In this document: positions 7,327 through 11,758 of the stretch, piece after piece
How positions within the stretch are numbered: position 1 is the first letter of the stretch
How the letters are laid out: every line of letters begins with the position of its first letter
Assembly (NCBI GenBank): GCA_050633305.1
Contig: JBOEGF010000015.1
Coordinates: 253,489-265,246 of the forward strand
Source of the DNA: Nannocystales bacterium
GTDB lineage: Bacteria; Myxococcota_A; Polyangia; Nannocystales; Nannocystaceae
Reading direction: 5' to 3'
Length of the DNA: 11,758 bases
Notes under the pieces: generated by a model
Seen by the model: the letters and a program-made list of their open reading frames with translations, nothing else
Told to the model about the DNA's origin: nothing
Databases searched by the model: none
Position numbers and translations under genes: made by a program

Positions 7327-7737
7327 TCAGCGTCTTCGGTGCACGACCGAATGAGCGATGTCCGCGAGCAGCTCCAGGTCCTCGAGCCGTGCCCGATGCA
7401 CGTGGGTGCTCAGCTTGGCCCGCGCGACACCTTCTGCAGTGGTCTGACTGACCTCGTGCGCCTCAGGAAGCATTGCGCCTACCGAGATGCCCATCCCATC
7501 TGCGATCCGAAGCAGCGTTCGAAGCCCTGGGCTGCTGTAGTGACCGTTTTCGAGCCGGGACACCATGTCGGTTGCGATGCCGGCCGCACGGGCGAGGGCG
7601 TTTTGCGTGAGGCCGCGCTCTTCCCGGAGTGAGCGCACCCGCTGGCCGAGTTCGAACATGTAGCTGCGTTCGTGGTGGCGGCGACTGAGGCCGTCATCAT
7701 CGAGATTGTCCGGGGCCGCCTTCGCTTCGTCCGTCAT
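7327..7737 (-). CDS. XRE/Cro-C1-family HTH transcriptional regulator
   Basis: LGQRVRSLREERGLTQNALARAAGIATDMVSRLENGHYSSPGLRTLLRIADGMGISV is a classic HTH_3. ATG 7737 is preceded by extended -10 TGgCATGCT. Confidence 0.9.
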   Translation of the reverse strand: MTDEAKAAPDNLDDDGLSRRHHERSYMFELGQRVRSLREERGLTQNALARAAGIATDMVSRLENGHYSSPGLRTLLRIADGMGISVGAMLPEAHEVSQTTAEGVARAKLSTHVHRARLEDLELLADIAHSVVHRRR

Positions 7738-7849
7738 TACCGCCGCGGAGCATGCCACGGGTCCGCATCGCGAGCCGCATCTTCTGATGCGCCAACCGCC
7801 TCGGTCACGAAGCCTGCGCGAGCCGCAGCGTCGAGGTTGCGATATGCGC

Positions 7850-8791
7850 TCAGGGTTCCAGGATCCACTCGCTTCCCTTTGGCACGACGCCCCAGCGCCC
7901 AAACCGTTCGCAGGCGAGGTCGAACTGAAGTCCGGTGTTGATCACGCTCAAGGACTGCCCGTCCAACAGCGCTTCGGCAGGGATGCCGTCTGGCAGCGCC
8001 GGACCCACCATCTCGGCGAACCGAAACGATCTCCACCCGGCGCGAGCGCACGCGCCTTGGGAAGCCCCGCATGGCGCAGCGTCCTCCAGTAGCTCCGAGC
8101 TGACCACGACGCCCGGACCGCCCGGTCGCCCAACGACACTCGGGAAGCCGTCGTCGGGTAGACCGTTGCCCACGGCGAGCTCGAGCTCCCCTTCTTCCGA
8201 CCAAATCACCAGGGACTCCCACGAGCATGTTTCCGCCCCGTTGATTGGGAACCCGTGGGCCCAGATGAAGCGGCAGACGGGTTCGTTCCCGATGTCGACC
8301 GCGTTGCCGAGGTGGATGTACTCGGTCGAGAACACCAGCTCCTCGTCCCCCGTACTGAAGCACGCGTCGCTGCCGCAGCCTGTCGCGTAGGAGCCTCGCA
8401 GTGCGGGGCCGTCCGCCCGAACCGACATGCAGCCAGCCTCGATGGTCACAGCGTTCGCCGCGCCCGGGCCGGGCGAGCATCCGTCGGGAGCCGGCGTGAT
8501 CAGAATGTCGAACTGATCGGCGTCGCAGGGGTAGTCGACCGGTGGGGGATCGACGGGCCCGGAATCCGTGTCGGGTGTGGGGGATGACGTGCCGTGGTCG
8601 GTGGTCGAGGCGAAGTCGGTGGTGCTGCCGCCCGCCGTGTCGAGGCTGCTCGTCGGAGCGACACCGGTCGAACTCTCACTCGCGTCCCCGGTGGCGGGAT
8701 CGCCTTCATCGGTCTCACCCCCAAAGCCCGGATTCAGCCGGACGCACCCAACGACACCGACCGCCAACCCAACAGCCACCACCCAACGCAT
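7850..8791 (-). CDS. Cys-rich lipoprotein of unknown function
   Basis: MRWVVAVGLAVGVVG|C lipobox, Ser/Thr/Asp-rich linker, then a globular region with 10 further Cys. Confidence 0.82.
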   Translation of the reverse strand: MRWVVAVGLAVGVVGCVRLNPGFGGETDEGDPATGDASESSTGVAPTSSLDTAGGSTTDFASTTDHGTSSPTPDTDSGPVDPPPVDYPCDADQFDILITPAPDGCSPGPGAANAVTIEAGCMSVRADGPALRGSYATGCGSDACFSTGDEELVFSTEYIHLGNAVDIGNEPVCRFIWAHGFPINGAETCSWESLVIWSEEGELELAVGNGLPDDGFPSVVGRPGGPGVVVSSELLEDAAPCGASQGACARAGWRSFRFAEMVGPALPDGIPAEALLDGQSLSVINTGLQFDLACERFGRWGVVPKGSEWILEP

Positions 8792-8965
8792 GCCCTAAGC
8801 ATGCCGCACGACTCGCCGCCATGCGCACGGGAGTTCCTCGGACACCTTGCCAGATCCATCGCCCCGGGTTTCACCAGGGGCTGCCAGGCCCGTCGAGCGC
8901 CGAGCAACGCAGCCGAAAGTGACCAAAGGCGCGCGTTGCAGGCCGAATTCAGACCGGTCGGCGCT

Positions 8966-11107
8966 CTAGACTCCGAACTCGAGCTGCTTCGCTTCCAACA
9001 CGTGCACGCGATCGCGCAGACGAGCAGCCTCTTCGTACCGCAGCTCCTTCGCCAGTGTTTGCATCTCGCTCCGAAGTTCCGCGATCCGTCCCTTCAGCTC
9101 GGCTGGAAGCAGGTCGCTGTCTCGGAGTTCACCCACTCCGATCGGCATCGCGTCAGCCTCTTTCTTGCCGCCTCGGCCCTTCCCGCGACCTTTCGCCATC
9201 GGGACGGCAGCCTCGCTCTTGTCGTTCGAGACCTTCGAGATCGAGCGCTTGACCGACGTTGGCGTGATGCCGTGCTTGGCGTTGTAGGCCATCTGCACGG
9301 CGCGACGCTCCTCCGTGACGTCGAGGGTCTCTTGCATGCTCGCCGTGATGCGATCGGCATACATGATGACGCGGCCCTCCGAGTTTCGAGCTGCTCGACC
9401 CGACGTCTGGATCAGGCTTCGCGCAGAACGCAGGAAGCCCTCCTTGTCCGCGTCGAGCACCGCAACGAGGCTGACCTCCGGGATGTCGAGGCCCTCGCGC
9501 AGCAGGTTGATGCCCACGAGCACGTCGTACTCGCCTTGCCGAAGACCGCGGATCAGCTCGATGCGCTCGAGCGTGTCGATGTCGGAGTGGAGGTAGCGAA
9601 CCCGGATGCCGAGGTCGGCGTAGTACTCCGTGAGATCTTCCGACATTCGCTTGGTCAGCGTCGTCACGAGTACACGCTCGCCCTTGTCGATCCGCACCTT
9701 GATCTCGTCCAAGAGATCGTCGATCTGCCCTTGAATCGGGCGGACCTCGATCGGCGGGTCGAGTAGCCCGGTCGGTCGAATGACCTGCTCGATGACGACG
9801 CCCCCGGTCTTCTCGAGCTCGTAGTCGCCTGGGGTGGCGCTCATGAAGACGGCCTGCCCGATGCGTTCCTCCCACTCCTCGAACTTGAGCGGGCGGTTGT
9901 CCATCGCGCTGGGAAGTCGGAATCCGTGGCTGACCAGGTTCTCCTTGCGGCTCCGGTCACCTCGGTACATCGCGGCAACCTGGGAGATGGTTTGGTGTGA
10001 CTCGTCGACGACCATCAGGAAGTCGTCGGGGAAGTAGTCGATGAGCGTGGGTGGTGCCTGGCCCGGGTCTCGCCCGGTGAGATGGCGGGAGTAGTTCTCG
10101 ATCCCCGAGCAGCGCCCCATCTCCTGCATCATCTCGATGTCGAACATCGTCCGTTGTTCCAGGCGCTGCGCCTCGAGGAGCTTTTGTTCCTTGCGCAGCT
10201 GCGTGAGGTGCAGTTGCAGCTCTTCTTGAATACCGGTGATTGCACGCCGTAGTCGGGCGCCGGGGGTCACATAGTGGCTGGCAGGGAAGAGCGTCAGCTG
10301 AGCAAGCGTCTGCTTGGGTTGTCCTCGTAGCGGATCGATCTCGCGGATGGCCTCGATCTCGTCCCCAAAAAACTCGATGCGGATCGCTGTGTCGTCCTCA
10401 TAGGCGGGGAAGACCTCCACCACATCGCCGCGCACCCGGAACGTTCCGCGGTGAAAGTCGATGTCGTTTCGCTCGTACTGCATCTGGACCAGGCGCCGCA
10501 GCAGCTGATCGCGGTCGAGCTCGTCGCCCACGTTGAGCTGGGCGACCATGCCCAGGTAGGCCTCCGATGCGCCGATGCCGTAGATGCACGACACGCTCGC
10601 AACGATCAGGACATCCCGTCGGCTCAGCAGCGAGTACGTCGCCGCGTGCCGCATGCGGTCGATCTGCTCGTTGATCGTCGAGTCTTTTTCGATGTACGTG
10701 TCCGTCGTCGCGACGTACGCCTCGGGCTGGTAGTAGTCGTAGTAGCTGACGAAGTACTCGACCGCGTTGTTGGGGAACAGGGTGCAGAACTCCGAGTAGA
10801 GCTGAGCGGCAAGGGTCTTGTTGTGGGCCAGCACCAGGGTTGGCCGCTGTACGCTCTGAACCACGTTGGCGATGGAGAACGTCTTGCCGCTTCCGGTGAT
10901 CCCTAGGAGTTGTTGGTACGCCTCCCCCGCCTCGAGTCCTTTGACCAGTGCTTCGATGGCCGCAGGCTGTCCCCCCGCGGGCGCGAACTCCGAGACGAGC
11001 TCGAACGGACGGACCGCGGGCTCCGGGAGCCGAACTAGGTTCGCGTCCCAGTCCTCGGCATTGGGATCTGCAGAGGCGGGCGCGGCCAGGCGTTCGCGAA
11101 CGGGCAT
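8966..11107 (-). CDS. uvrB: Excinuclease ABC subunit B
   Basis: GITGSGKT Walker [25 protein letters not shown] beta-hairpin, [33 protein letters not shown] and C-terminal UVR domain ([11 protein letters not shown]). Confidence 0.99.
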   Translation of the reverse strand: MPVRERLAAPASADPNAEDWDANLVRLPEPAVRPFELVSEFAPAGGQPAAIEALVKGLEAGEAYQQLLGITGSGKTFSIANVVQSVQRPTLVLAHNKTLAAQLYSEFCTLFPNNAVEYFVSYYDYYQPEAYVATTDTYIEKDSTINEQIDRMRHAATYSLLSRRDVLIVASVSCIYGIGASEAYLGMVAQLNVGDELDRDQLLRRLVQMQYERNDIDFHRGTFRVRGDVVEVFPAYEDDTAIRIEFFGDEIEAIREIDPLRGQPKQTLAQLTLFPASHYVTPGARLRRAITGIQEELQLHLTQLRKEQKLLEAQRLEQRTMFDIEMMQEMGRCSGIENYSRHLTGRDPGQAPPTLIDYFPDDFLMVVDESHQTISQVAAMYRGDRSRKENLVSHGFRLPSAMDNRPLKFEEWEERIGQAVFMSATPGDYELEKTGGVVIEQVIRPTGLLDPPIEVRPIQGQIDDLLDEIKVRIDKGERVLVTTLTKRMSEDLTEYYADLGIRVRYLHSDIDTLERIELIRGLRQGEYDVLVGINLLREGLDIPEVSLVAVLDADKEGFLRSARSLIQTSGRAARNSEGRVIMYADRITASMQETLDVTEERRAVQMAYNAKHGITPTSVKRSISKVSNDKSEAAVPMAKGRGKGRGGKKEADAMPIGVGELRDSDLLPAELKGRIAELRSEMQTLAKELRYEEAARLRDRVHVLEAKQLEFGV

Positions 11108-11113
11108 CGGCCC

Positions 11114-11119
11114 ACTCTA
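11114..11119 (-). promoter_or_regulatory. -10 element (TAGAGT) of uvrB, probable leaderless promoter
   Basis: TAGAGT-gggccg-ATG. The same hexamer and 6-nt spacing precede GTG 5106. Confidence 0.55.
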
Positions 11120-11610
11120 CGACGCGACATGACCGCAAGCCCGCTCGAGAGCCCTCCTTCTGTACAGCGCAACGGTTGCACAGGCGGCTGGGCATGGACG
11201 CGCAGGCGGTCCCCGAAGCCACCCTGGTCGCGAGCGAGCCGATCGCGCGTCTCCTGGTCGGCCATCCGCCCCATTTCCCCCGCGGCCGCGGCGCGAGGGA
11301 ATGCCTCAAGAGAATGTGCAGAGCGCCGATGGGGAATGCCGGCACTCGGGCCTGCCCGTCCGACCGGGTCCGCGCCGCGTTTCTACGTCCGATCGGATCC
11401 TTCGTTCAGGTAGGTGGGCCAGTTTCGCGCCGTTGCTTCACCGTCCTTCGGAGCCGCTGCTCCGAAACCTGCTCTCCCTCCCGGGTTCTCACCGGGCCCA
11501 CAAGCCCTGTGCCCGGAAAAATCCCTGAGCTCCTCGCGCCACGCGCACCTGTCACACACCTGTAACCATTGGCCTTTCTCCGACGACGCACCGCCGCGGA
11601 TCGCGGGCCG

Positions 11611-11670
11611 AAAAATACTTTCGCTTTTGTGTTGACCCCAGAGGCGGTCTTGAGTAAACACCCGACTCCC
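11611..11670 (+). promoter_or_regulatory. Strong sigma70 promoter of stable-RNA (rRNA/tRNA operon) type
   Basis: AT-rich UP-like tract AAAAATACTTTCGCTTTTGT (11611-11630), -35 TTGACC (11632-37), 17-bp spacer, -10 TAAACA (11655-60) and GC-rich discriminator CCCGACTCCC. A non-coding hairpin-rich leader follows. Confidence 0.65.
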
Positions 11671-11758
11671 AACGGCGACACACCGCAGGGGCCGACAAGG
11701 CCCACACCGAACCGCTCTCGACCAGGTCGAGACAAGCCCGGTGAGTGAGTCGCCCGGG

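Noticed and set aside
7327..7737. XRE gene as the antitoxin or repressor of a TA system or prophage
   Set aside because: No adjacent toxin, peptidase, integrase or phage genes.
7738..7902. N-terminal extension of the XRE ORF to 7902
   Set aside because: Overlaps the lipoprotein 3' end, has non-protein-like composition and spans the apparent promoter.
8861..8962. Hairpins downstream of uvrB as an intrinsic terminator
   Set aside because: Stems exist (e.g. GCAACGC/GCGTTGC, 8904-8939) but there is no U-tract on the minus strand.
183..11341. 11-bp inverted match CGGCATTCCCC (183-193) / GGGGAATGCCG (11331-41) as terminal inverted repeats
   Set aside because: Short GC-rich match expected by chance; it encloses housekeeping genes and there is no transposase or integrase.
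11394..11410. Partial match to the Myxococcus xanthus LexA box (CTRHAMRYBYGTTCAGS): CGGATCCTTCGTTCAGG
   Set aside because: Three mismatches in the left half-site, and it lies about 290 bp from the uvrB start, too far from the inferred promoter.

Overview
GC-rich bacterial chromosomal region. The Ser/Thr/Gly-linker lipoproteins and acidic repeat membrane protein suggest a myxobacterium (Nannocystaceae-like), which is an inference. In order it holds: the 3' end of a Lys/Ala-rich basic protein and its terminator; a divergent DUF72-like gene; a Tat-lipoprotein sulfatase; a translationally coupled signalling pair (a stand-alone DHp protein with a degenerate ATPase domain plus a REC-PAS-HisKA-HATPase hybrid kinase); trmB; two uncharacterised membrane proteins; an XRE regulator; a Cys-rich lipoprotein; uvrB; and a strong stable-RNA-type sigma70 promoter at the right edge. 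The best candidates for novelty are the ChpT-like phosphotransferase/pseudokinase coupled to a hybrid kinase, and a recurring -10 hexamer 6-12 nt before most start codons with no Shine-Dalgarno (leaderless or short-leader mRNAs). Also notable are an apparently catalytically degenerate DUF72 protein and a Pho-box-like repeat upstream of the rRNA-type promoter. No mobile element, CRISPR array or defence system is evident.
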